DNA of 64,000 bases, taken from NCBI GenBank assembly GCA_965203055.1, contig OZ241863.1:1120001-1184000 (forward strand), given 5' to 3'. The translations under genes and the position numbers were made by a program. The notes below the pieces were generated by a model. The model did not search any database. It saw only the letters and a program-made list of their open reading frames with translations, and was not told the DNA's origin. The DNA comes from Spirochaetia bacterium (lineage in GTDB: Bacteria; Spirochaetota; Spirochaetia; SZUA-6; Bin103). Positions within the stretch are counted from its first letter, which is position 1. The number at the start of each line of letters is the position of its first letter. Positions 31,200 through 41,911 of this stretch are shown here, piece after piece.

Positions 31200-32738
31200 T
31201 CAGTAGGCGCGGGCGAACACTACGCGCGCGGCGCCGGGGGCGCCGGTGAAGGCGCACGTCAGGCGGCCGTCGGCCTGGTCGGGGCCGGCGTCGTCGTCCA
31301 TTCCCAGGATGCAGCGCGGGCTCACCTTGAGGCGCTTCAGCAGCGCCTGATACGAATCTTCCTGCTCGGCGCCGGGCGCCAGGGGGGCGACGGCGAAGCC
31401 GGCGTCGGGGTCGTCCCTGAAGTACTCCTCCAACTCGGCGGCGCCGGCCGCGGTCACGGTGTGGTCGTCCTTGAAACGCCGCGCGCGCTGCAGCAGGGCG
31501 TCCTGCATCTCGGCGAGCAGCGCCGGGGCTTCGGCGGCGAAGCGGTCCAGGGCGACGGCGCGCCGGTCCCGGGGCGCGCGGTCGCGGCGCGCCACCGACA
31601 CGGTGCCGGCCTCCAGGTCGCGGGGACCCACCTCCAGGCGCAACGGCACGCCGCGCTTCACGTGATGCCAGTTCTTCTCGCCGCCGCGCAGGTCGCGGTC
31701 GTCGATGGTGGCTCGCAGCGGCTCGCCGCCGTAGCGTTGCGCGCTCAGCTCCTGCTGCAGCTTGCGGCAGCCGTCGAGCACCGCGCCCCGCTGCGCGGCG
31801 TCCTTGTAGATCGGCAGGATCACCGCCTGCTGCGGGGCCAGGCGCGGCGGCAGCACCACGCCGTCGTCGTCGCCGTGCGTCATGATCAGGCCGCCCACCA
31901 GGCGCGTGGACACTCCCCAGGAGGTGGTCCAGGCGTACTCCACGGAACCGTCGCGGGCGGCGAAGTTGATGGAACATGCCTTGGCGAAGTTCTGGCCCAG
32001 GAAGTGAGAGGTGCCCGCCTGCAGCGCCTTGCGGTCCTGCATCATCGCTTCGATGGTGTAGGTGTTGACGGCGCCGGGAAAGCGCTCGGCGGCGCTCTTT
32101 TCGCCGCGCACCACCGGCATTGCCATGTAATTCTCGGCGAAGTCGGCGTACACCCCGAGCATGCGCAGGGTTTCCTCCTGCGCCTCCGCGGCGCTGGCAT
32201 GCACCGTATGCCCCTCCTGCCAGAGGAACTCGGCGGTGCGCAGGAACAGGCGCGGGCGCAGCTCCCAGCGCACCACGTTGGCCCATTGATTGATCAGGAT
32301 CGGCAGATCGCGGTACGACTGCACCCACTTGGCGTACATCTCGCCGATGATGGTCTCGCTCGTCGGGCGCACCACGTAGGGCTCGTCCAGCTCCCCCGCC
32401 GGCACCAGGCCGCCGTCCGCGCCCGCCTCCAGGCGGTGGTGGGTGACCACCGCGCACTCCTTGGCGAATCCTTCGACGTGCTCCGCTTCCCGTTCCAGGT
32501 AGCGCAGGGGGATGAACAGCGGGAAGTAGGCGTTTTCGTGGCCGGTCGCCTTGAACATGCCGTCGAGCACCCGCTGCATGTTCTCCCACACCGCGTAGCC
32601 CCACGGCTTGATCACCATGCAGCCGCGCACCGGCGACAGCTCGGCCAGATCCGCGGCGCGCACCACCTGCTGGTACCATTCGGGGTAGTTCTCGGCGCGG
32701 GTAGGGGAGATGGCGGTGCGCGGTCGTCGGGCTGGCAT
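31200..32738 (-). CDS. proS: Proline--tRNA ligase (archaeal/eukaryotic type)
   Basis: RPTSET, QWANVVRWE, EFLWQEGHT, QAGTSHFLGQNF, C-terminal FARAY. Confidence 0.95.
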   Translation of the reverse strand: MPARRPRTAISPTRAENYPEWYQQVVRAADLAELSPVRGCMVIKPWGYAVWENMQRVLDGMFKATGHENAYFPLFIPLRYLEREAEHVEGFAKECAVVTHHRLEAGADGGLVPAGELDEPYVVRPTSETIIGEMYAKWVQSYRDLPILINQWANVVRWELRPRLFLRTAEFLWQEGHTVHASAAEAQEETLRMLGVYADFAENYMAMPVVRGEKSAAERFPGAVNTYTIEAMMQDRKALQAGTSHFLGQNFAKACSINFAARDGSVEYAWTTSWGVSTRLVGGLIMTHGDDDGVVLPPRLAPQQAVILPIYKDAAQRGAVLDGCRKLQQELSAQRYGGEPLRATIDDRDLRGGEKNWHHVKRGVPLRLEVGPRDLEAGTVSVARRDRAPRDRRAVALDRFAAEAPALLAEMQDALLQRARRFKDDHTVTAAGAAELEEYFRDDPDAGFAVAPLAPGAEQEDSYQALLKRLKVSPRCILGMDDDAGPDQADGRLTCAFTGAPGAARVVFARAY

Positions 32739-32828
32739 GGCTGGCGCCAAGGTAGCGGCTCAGCGCGCGAATAACAAGGCAACCGCGCCGTTCGATCGAT
32801 CATGCTATGCTTGGGCCGGGCACCACGC

Positions 32829-33899
32829 ATGCCGCGCGACCTGTACCAGCCGCATGATCGTCTGTTTCGCAAGGTGTTTTCCGAGCCGGCGGAAGCGGCC
32901 GGCTTGCTGCGCGCCTATGTGCCTTCGTGGCTCGTCGATACGCTGGACTGGTCCAGCTTGACGCTGATGCCCGACAGCTACGTGGACGACGAGCTGCGGG
33001 CCAGCGAGTCCGACCTGCTGTTCGCGGTCGAGTGGCGCCCGGGCGCTGCGGAGCCGGGAGACTTGCGGCGTTCGTTGCGGCTCTACCTGCTGTTCGAGCA
33101 CCAATCGAGTCCGGACCGGTTGATGCGCTTCCGGCTGCTGAAGTACTGCTGCGGCATCTGGGACGATTTCTTGCGCTCCGCCGAAGCGAAGGAGACGCCG
33201 GACTTGCCGCCGATCGTGCCGCTGGTGTTCTATCAGGGTGAGTCGCGCTGGCACCATACGACGGAGTTCAGCGAGTTGTTTGCGGAACCGGCCAGGCGGT
33301 GGCCCTGGACGCCGCAGTTCGAGCACCTGCTGGTGGACCAGTCGCAGGCGGACGTGGGAGCGGTACCGGGCGAAACGCTGGGCCGGGCAGCGCAGCTTGC
33401 GCTGATGGCGGCGGCGCGCCGCGAGCTGCGGGAGGCGCTGGCGCGGGAGGCGCTGGCGCGGACGGTGCGGCTCATGGGAGAGTTGGACCGGGCGGGACAG
33501 GGCGAACGGTTCCGGGCGGTGGTGTTTTACGTGCTCCATACCCAGGATAAGGAGACGTTGCGGGAGTTCTTCGCGGCGCTGCGGCGCGAGGTACGAGGAC
33601 CAGGAGGGGATATGATGACGTATGCAGAGGAGCTGATCCGGGAAGGCCGTCAGGAGGGCGAGCTGAAAGGCCGGCAAGAAGGCGAGCTGAAAGGCCGGCA
33701 GGAGGGCCGGGTGGAAGGCCGGGTGGAAGGCCGAGAGGAGGGCCGAGTAGAAGGCCGGCAGGAAGGCCAAGTAGCCACGATCGAGAGTTTTCTGCGCGCC
33801 GGCGTCGGGTGGCCGATCATCGAGCAGGCGACCGGCATCGACCAGGAGGCATTCGAGTTGCTCCGCCGCCGGAACTACGCGTCAGATCGGGAGTCCTGA
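32829..33899 (+). CDS. Rpn/YhgA-like PD-(D/E)XK nuclease with EGRQ-type repeat tail
   Basis: PHDRLFRKVF, SDLLF, LLFEHQS, PIVPLVFYQG. Repeats EGRQEGELK/EGRVEG at about 33642-33768. Confidence 0.92.
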   Translation: MPRDLYQPHDRLFRKVFSEPAEAAGLLRAYVPSWLVDTLDWSSLTLMPDSYVDDELRASESDLLFAVEWRPGAAEPGDLRRSLRLYLLFEHQSSPDRLMRFRLLKYCCGIWDDFLRSAEAKETPDLPPIVPLVFYQGESRWHHTTEFSELFAEPARRWPWTPQFEHLLVDQSQADVGAVPGETLGRAAQLALMAAARRELREALAREALARTVRLMGELDRAGQGERFRAVVFYVLHTQDKETLREFFAALRREVRGPGGDMMTYAEELIREGRQEGELKGRQEGELKGRQEGRVEGRVEGREEGRVEGRQEGQVATIESFLRAGVGWPIIEQATGIDQEAFELLRRRNYASDRES

Positions 33900-34017
33900 C
33901 TCAGTTCAGCCACCCCACCGGGCGTTTCAGCACCGGCCCGTGGCCCGCGCGTAGCTACTCGGTCAGCTTCAGCGGCACGAGCCTGGCATAGGCACAAGGT
34001 GTCATTTGGCAACCGGG

Positions 34018-35868
34018 TCATTCCAGCCATACGTGGATGGTGCGGTCCGGGGTGAGGGCGGCGCCGGGCGCGGGCTCCTGGCGGGTGACGTAGCCGGAAC
34101 CGTGCAGCGCGACCTTCAGGCCGCCGTCCGCCAGCAGCGGCAGCAGGCGCCGCTTCGGCAGGCCCACCAGATTGGGCAGCTCGCCGTCCAGCGTCAGATA
34201 GGGCGTCGCCGGGACCACGACGTGGGCCGAGTGGCGGAGGCTGTCTTCGTCGCTGCGCGGCAGCCGGTAGTAGGTGGTGAGGAAGCCGGCGACCTCGCGC
34301 AGCAGCGGCGCGGCAATCTGGCCGCCGTAGCGCTGCTCTCCCTTGGGATGTTGGATCACGATGTAGGCGATGAACCGGGGGGCGCCGGCGGGCAGCACTC
34401 CGATGATCGAGGCGATCACGTGTTCGTCGGAATAGCGCCGCTCGACCGGGTCGAACACCTGCGCGGTGCCGGTCTTGGCGCCGATCCGGTAGCCCGGCAG
34501 CCGCGCCAGCCGGGCGGTGCCCTGTTCGGTGACCGTTTCCATCATCCCCAGCACCGCGGCGGCCACCTCCGGCGCCAGCACCGGGCGCAACGGCTCGCGC
34601 GCGAACGGCCTGACCACCGTTCCGTCGGCGGCGACGATCCGGCGCACCAGTTGCGGGCGCAGCAACACGCCGTCGTTGGTCAGCGCGGTGGCTGCCTGCA
34701 CGATCTGCAGCGGCGTCACCGAAATCTCCTGGCCGATGGCGACGGTGGGCTTGGTGCGGGCGGACCACTCCGCGACCGGGCGCAGCACCCCGGCGCTCTC
34801 GCCCCGCAGCGGCGCGCCGGTGGGTTGGCCGAAGCCGAAGGTGCGCAGCATGCGGTAGAAGGTGTCGGCGTCGATCCGGTCCGAGGCATGGGCGGTGCCG
34901 GCGTTGCTTGAGTAGCGCAGGATGTGCTCGGCGTTCAGGTCGCCGTACACGCCGAGGTCGCCGATGCGGATGGTGCGGCCGTTGGCGAGGGTGCGCCGGT
35001 AGTAGCCGGGACTGGGGAACGTCATGGTGGTGCTGATGGCCGCGGTCTGCAGCAGGGCCGCGATGGTGAAGATCTTGAACACCGACCCCGGTTCGTAGGG
35101 GTCGGCGGCCATCGCGTTGCGCCAGCGGGCGCTCGGAAAGGCGGTGTAGTCGTTGGGATCGAACCCGGGTTGCGCGGCGTAGCTCAGGATTTCGCCGCTG
35201 TCCGCGGTGGTCACGATGATGAAGACGGCGTCCGCGTCATGCTGCCGGTAGGCGTCCGCGGCAATGTCCTCCATCGCGTGCTGGACGTTGACGTCGATGG
35301 TCAGGAAGAGCTGGTTGCCGAAGACCTCGGTTCCGTCCGCGGTGATGGTGTCGGGCGCCAACACGTAGTTGAAGGTGTTCTCGATGCCTTCCAGCCCGAC
35401 GTTGTCCACGCCCACGAACCCCAGGAGCTGGGCGGCCAGCGCCCCCTCCGGGTAGGAGCGGGTCTGTTCCGGCTTGAGATGGATGCCCTGCAGCTCGCCG
35501 CGGTCGTGGGCGGCGCGGATCTCGGCGGACTGCTCGGGGGTGACGTGGCGGCGGAGGTAGACGAAGCGGCCGGCGTTCAGGCGCTGCAGTATCTCGCCGG
35601 CGCCGGTGTCCAGGATTGCCGCCAGCCGTTGCGCCGACTCCTGCGGCTCGGCCACGGCGGGCGTCCAGGCGGTCACCGAGTCGCGCTCGATGGTGAGGGC
35701 GAGCACGCGCCCGTTGCGGTCCAGGATGGGGCCGCGTTCCACCTCCGGCAGGCGCACGGTCGGCCCCTCCGGGGGGAAGTCCACCCCGGTCATGAACGTA
35801 GCGTAGCGAAAGAGCAGGGCCAGCACGCAGAGGCCGAGGAACGAGAGGAACAGATAGAGCCGCCGCAT
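34018..35868 (-). CDS. ftsI: Class B penicillin-binding protein (FtsI-like) with PASTA-like C-terminus
   Basis: N-terminal TM, RGPILDRNG, EPGSVFK (SxxK), SSN, KTGT. Confidence 0.85.
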   Translation of the reverse strand: MRRLYLFLSFLGLCVLALLFRYATFMTGVDFPPEGPTVRLPEVERGPILDRNGRVLALTIERDSVTAWTPAVAEPQESAQRLAAILDTGAGEILQRLNAGRFVYLRRHVTPEQSAEIRAAHDRGELQGIHLKPEQTRSYPEGALAAQLLGFVGVDNVGLEGIENTFNYVLAPDTITADGTEVFGNQLFLTIDVNVQHAMEDIAADAYRQHDADAVFIIVTTADSGEILSYAAQPGFDPNDYTAFPSARWRNAMAADPYEPGSVFKIFTIAALLQTAAISTTMTFPSPGYYRRTLANGRTIRIGDLGVYGDLNAEHILRYSSNAGTAHASDRIDADTFYRMLRTFGFGQPTGAPLRGESAGVLRPVAEWSARTKPTVAIGQEISVTPLQIVQAATALTNDGVLLRPQLVRRIVAADGTVVRPFAREPLRPVLAPEVAAAVLGMMETVTEQGTARLARLPGYRIGAKTGTAQVFDPVERRYSDEHVIASIIGVLPAGAPRFIAYIVIQHPKGEQRYGGQIAAPLLREVAGFLTTYYRLPRSDEDSLRHSAHVVVPATPYLTLDGELPNLVGLPKRRLLPLLADGGLKVALHGSGYVTRQEPAPGAALTPDRTIHVWLE

Positions 35869-36141
35869 GACGGGATCACGCGCCGGCCGCCCCGGCGCGG
35901 AATCGAGGGCGGAGGCGGCATGCAGAGGTTGGCCGCGGTGGGCGCGCACATTGGTTATATCGGCGCTGCCGCGCAAATCGCTAGCGCGGAGCGGCGGAAA
36001 CGCGACGTGGCGGGGGGCGCTGTGTCGCGGGGCCGCGGCACCGGGGCCGGCGCGCCCGCTTGCGGGGCGGCGGTGGGGGCGGCGGGTAGGGCCGGGCCGC
36101 CGCCACTTCCCATTGGCAACGAACCAGACTACTCTGGCGGC

Positions 36142-37617
36142 GTGCTGAGGAAGAGGCGGCAGCGGCGCGCGCGGAGCGCGCGGAGCGCTGCACTGGTCAT
36201 CGGCGCGGCGCAGGTCCTGATCGCCGCCGCCGTGGGGGCCGCGCAGACCGCGGCGGGCGACGGGCCGAGTCTCGAGCAACTGGTGCGCGCCGCCATGGCC
36301 CGTGACGTAGAACTCCAGAAACTGCAACTGGAGCTGCGCAACAAGCAGCTCGCCGTGGCCCAGGGGGCCGCGGAGAAGGGTTTCGGGCTGTCCCTGACAT
36401 TGGGGAACGACCGTCTGGTGGGCGCCTCGCTGACGGATATCTGGACAGATGACAGCAAAACCAATGTCAGCTACGGAGTCAGGACCGGAGTGACGGCAAA
36501 TCTACCGCATCCGTTCGGCAGCATCTCGACCTCCGCCTCTTTGAGTTGTACCAGGCCACTCGTCGACGAAGGAGAATGCGAAAAGGGCGGCGAGATCCCC
36601 CGGTGGGATCTGGATGACGCCGCCAGGATCGGTCTCACTTCGACGTTGGAGCAACCGCTCAGGCCCTTGCTCGGTCTCGATGCCACTCCTGCGGCCGACC
36701 TGGAGGCCGTCCACGAAGTGGTGCAGGCTGAACGCGGCGTGCGCGCACGAGTACGCGCCATCACCCGCGATATCCTGCAGCGCATAAAAGGGATCCTGGA
36801 ACAACGGAAAACTGCGCGGAGTAGCAAGCATGATCTGGACGAGATGGAGGATGAAGTTACCCGTCGGCGCGACGTGCTCCGGGACAACCCGGAGAGCCAT
36901 GATTTCGAGACCCGGCTATTCAACCTCAAGAAGAAGCGTCGTGACCTGGACACCACGCAGCGCCGGCTGGAGCAGGATATCGATGCCTTCGAGCAGCGCA
37001 CCGGATCGCGCAGCTTCGGGCTGCTCACCGAGGCTTTGCTCGTGCTGCCTGCGGGCGAGGTCGAGCGCGCACCGGCGGTGGTGGACGCCGCCGTGGGCCT
37101 GCGCGTCAGTGAGCACCGCATCCGCGAGGACGAAAACAGCCGTTGGCCGGAAGTTACCGTCAACGCTTCTATCGATTGGCCGGACCCGGGTCGTCTCTCG
37201 GCCGGCGTCGGCTTCAATCTTACCCTGCCGATACTCGACGGCGGCCTGCAGCAGATCAAGAGCGAGCGGCAAAACAACGCGGTTGCGACCGCGAAGCTGG
37301 AGGGTGCCAGCGCCCGGCGGGACTTCGCGGAGGCGCTGGTCGCCAACGAACGCGAAATCAGCGACCTTGACCGCAGAGCCTGGGAGCACCGCGAGAGCAC
37401 TCGCTTGGCGGCGCTCAAGGTAATGGAAACGAAGGCTGCGCTGGACGCCGGCGTCGCCGTACCGTCAGCGCTGGCCCAAGCCAAGCTGGACCACGAACTG
37501 CTGGCGCTGGACGGCGACATCCTGCGGGTAGACCGCTGGCTGCTGAAACTCGACCTCGATGCCCTCACCGACGCCGACCCCCTCGACTTCACACCCGCCT
37601 CATCGGATGTACGGTAG
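36142..37617 (+). CDS. TolC-family outer-membrane efflux protein
   Basis: Signal-like N-terminus, SLEQLVRAAM, coiled-coil helices alternating with beta strands (AGVGFNLTLPILDGG). Confidence 0.7.
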   Translation: MLRKRRQRRARSARSAALVIGAAQVLIAAAVGAAQTAAGDGPSLEQLVRAAMARDVELQKLQLELRNKQLAVAQGAAEKGFGLSLTLGNDRLVGASLTDIWTDDSKTNVSYGVRTGVTANLPHPFGSISTSASLSCTRPLVDEGECEKGGEIPRWDLDDAARIGLTSTLEQPLRPLLGLDATPAADLEAVHEVVQAERGVRARVRAITRDILQRIKGILEQRKTARSSKHDLDEMEDEVTRRRDVLRDNPESHDFETRLFNLKKKRRDLDTTQRRLEQDIDAFEQRTGSRSFGLLTEALLVLPAGEVERAPAVVDAAVGLRVSEHRIREDENSRWPEVTVNASIDWPDPGRLSAGVGFNLTLPILDGGLQQIKSERQNNAVATAKLEGASARRDFAEALVANEREISDLDRRAWEHRESTRLAALKVMETKAALDAGVAVPSALAQAKLDHELLALDGDILRVDRWLLKLDLDALTDADPLDFTPASSDVR

Positions 37618-38009
37618 ATGTCGTCAAGATGACATACTGCCCAGAATAGGCGACTTCTCGGCGCGATTGTTCTGGAATGGTAGCCGCGGATCAGATTCGA
37701 GACGGTAGGCGGCGGCGGTACTGATCCCGCGCCTTGGCGGCGGCTAGGCCCTTTGCGAGCGGGCCGGCCACGGTCACCGGCCGAGAAGGCCCACGGGGTC
37801 GCCGTCGCGCCCTCTGACTACGAGTCGGGGCTACGCTCCCTTTCCGCCGCCCCGCAGGAGGCCCCTCCACCCTCTTGTATTGCAGGCGTCCTACTCGCCT
37901 ACACCTTGAATGTCGCTTGAATCAGGCCGACCCGTGGGCGCACTCGGCTAGCATGGTGATGCAGCGTCGGAAGCCTTGCCGCGTCCTTCCGGAACGACGT
38001 TGCCATGCT

Positions 38010-38135
38010 CGCCGCCAATCGCCGTTCGGCAAGTGGGACTCGATTGTCCGAGACCTCGCCATGACCCTGGCGGCCGTCGATCGGCTGGTGCATCGCGCGA
38101 CCATCTTCCGAATCATTGTCGATTACTGTTGTTAC
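38010..38135 (+). pseudogene. IS21 IstB helper ATPase C-terminal fragment
   Basis: FGKWDSIVRDLAMTLAAVDRLVHRATIFRI. Confidence 0.75.
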
Positions 38136-38469
38136 CGCTGCCGATTTGAATGAAACTCCTATTGTTGATTTGCACCAAGCTCTCTTGTATGGCCTTCATG
38201 TCGGCGCGCAGTTCGGCTGTGTCGGTCTTGACCTCGGCAGTGTCGGTTTTGACATCGACGCCTAGCGCGCGAACATCGGCGCGTAAATTTCGTATGTCAG
38301 CGCTCAGTACGAGTACGGCGACAAGGATGGTCAGCAACATTGCTATAAACTGAACGGTTTGCCTGATCGGCTTAGGGCGCCTGGGCTCCGGGTGGCCGTG
38401 CGTCTTGTCTTCCAGGAGTCCTTTCCAGCCCTCGGGAGGAGCGCTCCTGCCGGCCATCAGCGTCCCCAA
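38113..38469 (-). CDS. Small TM + coiled-coil hypothetical protein (start uncertain)
   Basis: Hydrophobic helix, then heptad repeats VKTDTAEVKTDTAELRADMK. Confidence 0.55.
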   Translation of the reverse strand: MGTLMAGRSAPPEGWKGLLEDKTHGHPEPRRPKPIRQTVQFIAMLLTILVAVLVLSADIRNLRADVRALGVDVKTDTAEVKTDTAELRADMKAIQESLVQINNRSFIQIGSGNNSNRQ

Positions 38470-39199
38470 CTCCGCCAGCGACCCGCGAAATATGCTGTGT
38501 ACCGGCAGATCATCCGCAGTACGGCACTACCGGCAGCCATTCCTCCTCCACCTGCGGCCATCGCCGCGCCTAGCTCATAGGTCTTGTTCATTACCTAACC
38601 TCCCTCCTGTGCGATGCGGCGACCTCCGGGACGACCTCACGGCGCAGTTGGTACGACAGAAGGTAAGGTAACATGTCCATCCGCCGGTGACAAACAACAC
38701 AAGGCAACGACAACGCTACGGCGGCGGAGCCCGAGGAACAGGCCCCGGATGGTGTTGGGCGGCGCAATTGGGATGGTCGGCAGCGCTGCGGTGGGGGGGG
38801 GGGGGGCGGAATCCGAGCGGCGCCGGAAGCACCGGCAGCCACGGGGCGGCCAGCGAGCGCAGCGCTACCAGCGCCGCGTTGCTGGCGAGCCGCTGGCGGC
38901 AGGAGGTCAGTTCGGGGCGGCAGCCGGCGAGATGCTGCGGTAGAAGCCGATCACCACCCGCAGCACCTGCCGGACTAGGTGCACGCGGCGGCGCAGCCAG
39001 CGCATGGCGCGCCGGGCAGTTCGATGCCGTCACGGCGCACTTGGTCGGCGGCCTGCATCAGACTCGCCGCCTGTTCGGCGTGCGCGTCCACCGCTTCCAG
39101 GCCCTGGAGCGTCCCCGGCAGCCGCGCCAGGCAGTCGATCCGTCAACGGATCAATCTGATCAGATAGGCCGGTTGGGAAACGCTAACGTGTTCTGATTC

Positions 39200-39726
39200 T
39201 GAGGTGGTCCCGGAAATTGGACAAGGAGGTTAAGGTGTATTCCAGGCCATGAGGAGGGCCGATGGGATGGCGACGAGACGGCGCCGATTCACAGCACAGT
39301 TCAAAGCCACGGCGAGCCGGAGGTCTTCAAACACCGATCAGGGCAGCCAGTTCACCAGCAGGGCGTTCACGGGGCAGTTGGAGGCGGCCGGGATACGCTG
39401 CTTGATGGACGGTCGTGGGCGCTGCCTGGACAACGTGTTCATCGAGCGGCTGTGGCGGTCGTTGAAGTATGAGGCGGTGTACCTGCACGAGTTGGCGGAC
39501 GGCTTCGCGGCGCAGCGCGTGATCGCGGAGTGGATGGAGTTCTACAACGAGGTACGCCCCCCACTCGGCGCTGGACGGGCGGACGCCAGCGGAGGCGTAC
39601 TGCGGCGTGGCGGCGCCGGCCGGGCAGGTGGCGTAGCGAGATGGGAAGGGGTGCAAACTGCAAGCACCGGGAACGGAGCGAGTGGCTGCGCACCGCGGAG
39701 CGGGAGTTGTCCACATATCCACAGGG
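39200..39726 (+). mobile_element. Deleted copy of the IS3 element at 14394 (left end kept, large internal deletion, right end lost)
   Basis: TGAGGTGGTCCCGG at 39200. The orfA start joins directly to the orfB GCCGGAGGTCTTCAA region. Identity ends after CCACATATCCACAGGG. Confidence 0.9.
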
Positions 39727-40014
39727 GTTTCCTATGGGGAATAGTCCTACTGATAGCAGGGACACTATGATAGACATCTTACGGTCTACAAGGCAAAAGA
39801 AGCGTTCTGAGCGTGGAGTGCCAGACCGGGGATCGCTTCGCGAGCGGATCAAAGACCTGGGTCCGGGGTAGGCTGCGTGGTGTGTGCCGTGGTCGGAACG
39901 TTGGGGCAGCGCGGGCGCGCTGAGCGTATTGCTGCCTGAACGCCACTGCGTGATGAAAGTGCGCCGGGCCGGCGGTGGCGGCGGGGCGGGGAATAGGGTA
40001 TCCTGGGTGTCGTT

Positions 40015-40233
40015 ATGACGGTGATCTTGGCGGTTGGCGTGATGGTGCTGTTGGCGGCGTTCCTGGGCCTGCGGGTGTTGTTGGGCAAGGATGACGAGGT
40101 GCGCAAGCCGGGCTGCGCCAACGCCAATGCGTTCATGGACGAGCAGCAGGCGTGTCCCGTGTGCGGCGTGGCGCCCGGCCAGACCTGCGCCAACGAGGAG
40201 TACCCCTCGACCACCGCCGCCGGCGCGAAGTAG
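40015..40233 (+). CDS. Small membrane-anchored Cys-rich protein (NqrM-like layout)
   Basis: One TM helix followed by four Cys (PGC...CPVC...TC). Confidence 0.6.
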   Translation: MTVILAVGVMVLLAAFLGLRVLLGKDDEVRKPGCANANAFMDEQQACPVCGVAPGQTCANEEYPSTTAAGAK

Positions 40234-40242
40234 TCCTCCCGC

Positions 40243-40569
40243 CGCGCCCCTTACCAGCCGGCCCGGCCGGGGGCGACGATTTCGGATTCCTTGAGCACCA
40301 CGTCGTGGGCGCCGGCCTCGCGCAGGCTGGTAGGGGAGACCACCGTCAGGCGCGCTTCGCGGTGCAGGGCGGTGAGGTCGGTGACCCCGCAGTTGGCACA
40401 TGGTGCTCTTGATCTTGCTCAGCGTCTAGTTGAGGTTGTCGCGCAGCTTGCCGGCGTAGGGCACGTAGCCGTCCCCCCTCCTCGAAGGCGAATCCGGCGG
40501 CCGGCGCTTGGCCGTCGTAGCGCTGCCAGTTGCGCGCCTTGATGTGCCCTCGCCCCAGTACTCCTTGAC
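40243..40569 (-). pseudogene. Decayed duplicate of the guaB 3' end
   Basis: Direct repeat of about 41905-42232 with substitutions, indels and an internal stop. Confidence 0.92.
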
Positions 40570-40758
40570 CGTTCTATGGGACCACCCGGCGCCTCCCGCC
40601 GCCGCGCTTCTCGTGCTTGCCAACCCACGCCGCTTGTGGCACCGGCCCCGGCCGTTGCGACACCGATTCTTCTCATCTTGATTGTCGCGCTACCATGAGC
40701 CAAGCTGGCCAAGCCAGCCGAGCCGAGGGCCGCCGGGCCACTTCCGACGCAGGCAGCG

Positions 40759-41820
40759 TCAGGTGGATCTGCGGCCTATCAATGCCTCGAGTTCGGCCAC
40801 CCGCGCTTCGGCCGCTTGGCGAGCGGCCGCTTCCTGTTGGACGCGGGTTTCTACGGCTTGGCGAGCGGCCGCTTCCTGTTGGACGCGGGTTTCTGCGGCT
40901 TGGCGAGCGGCCGCTTCCTGTTGGACGCGGGTTTCTGCGGCCTGGCGAGCGGCTGCTTCCTGTTGGACGCGGGTTTCTGCGGCTTGGCGAGCGGCCGCTT
41001 CCTGCTCTGCGCGCTGCTGTTGCTGCTCTGCGCGCTGCTTGCCGGTGGGGATCAACTCGCCGTGCGCGTCCGTCCAGCGCAGCCACCGGCTGCGCACGCC
41101 CTCGAACTCCCCCTCCCACAGCGTCATCCCCAGCCCCAGCTCCGGGAACCAGGGCCGCCCTCCCTGGCGTTCGTATGTCCCGGCGCTCAACCGAAAGACG
41201 CGCAGCTCATCGCGCATCACCTGCCGCAACGGATCGGAGACCACGTAGTAGCCAATCCCCATCCGGGCGTACCTCTTCCGCTTATCCCCAATCTCATTGC
41301 CCTTCTGGTTGGACACGATTTCCACCACCAGGTCCGGCACTTTGCCGAACTCCCACACCAAGTAGGAGCGGTGTTCCTTGTCCCACCAGTTCTCGTGCAC
41401 CTGCACGTCCAGACTGAGGAACACGTCGGGCACGATCGCCGGATTGCGCGGTGCGGGGAACACGCCCACGTTGGCGGCGGCCAGAAACGGGCGCCCGCCG
41501 CCGGGGCCGGCCCAGGAAGTGTACAGCGGCTCGGTGAGCAGGCGTTGCTGCTTCTCGGAGGGCAGGTTGTCCACCGGCGTATCATCCTCGGTCACCAGGG
41601 ATTCGATGTCGCTGTCGAGCGCCGGCACGGACCGCGTAGCGGCGTTGCGCGCGGCCCGGACCGGGGCGGCCGGCGGCGCGTTCGCCAGCGGCCGCGCGGG
41701 CCGGGGCGCCGGAGACCGGTCGGGCCTGCGAACCACGTCCGGCGCCGGCCGCGCCGTGACGGGTTCGGCGGCGCGCGCGTCAGGCGCGGAACGACCGGTC
41801 GGGAATGACGGCGAGTCCAT
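40759..41820 (-). CDS. Uma2/DUF820 PD-(D/E)XK endonuclease with 14-aa C-terminal tandem repeats
   Basis: TEDDTPVDN, VPDVFL, PDLVVEIVS. (QQEAAARQAAETRV)n encoded by 42-bp units at about 40810-41005. Confidence 0.9.
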   Translation of the reverse strand: MDSPSFPTGRSAPDARAAEPVTARPAPDVVRRPDRSPAPRPARPLANAPPAAPVRAARNAATRSVPALDSDIESLVTEDDTPVDNLPSEKQQRLLTEPLYTSWAGPGGGRPFLAAANVGVFPAPRNPAIVPDVFLSLDVQVHENWWDKEHRSYLVWEFGKVPDLVVEIVSNQKGNEIGDKRKRYARMGIGYYVVSDPLRQVMRDELRVFRLSAGTYERQGGRPWFPELGLGMTLWEGEFEGVRSRWLRWTDAHGELIPTGKQRAEQQQQRAEQEAAARQAAETRVQQEAAARQAAETRVQQEAAARQAAETRVQQEAAARQAVETRVQQEAAARQAAEARVAELEALIGRRST

Positions 41821-41911
41821 AGGGCAGACTATACCGTACCGGCGCCGCGGCCGAAAGCGCTTGACGATCGGATACACGACATGCCGTTGCGCCGGACCGT
41901 GGTACGCGCCC

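Noticed and set aside
38793..38806. G14 tract as a phase-variation switch
   Set aside because: Could not be tied to a credible gene or promoter, and homopolymer length may be a sequencing artefact.
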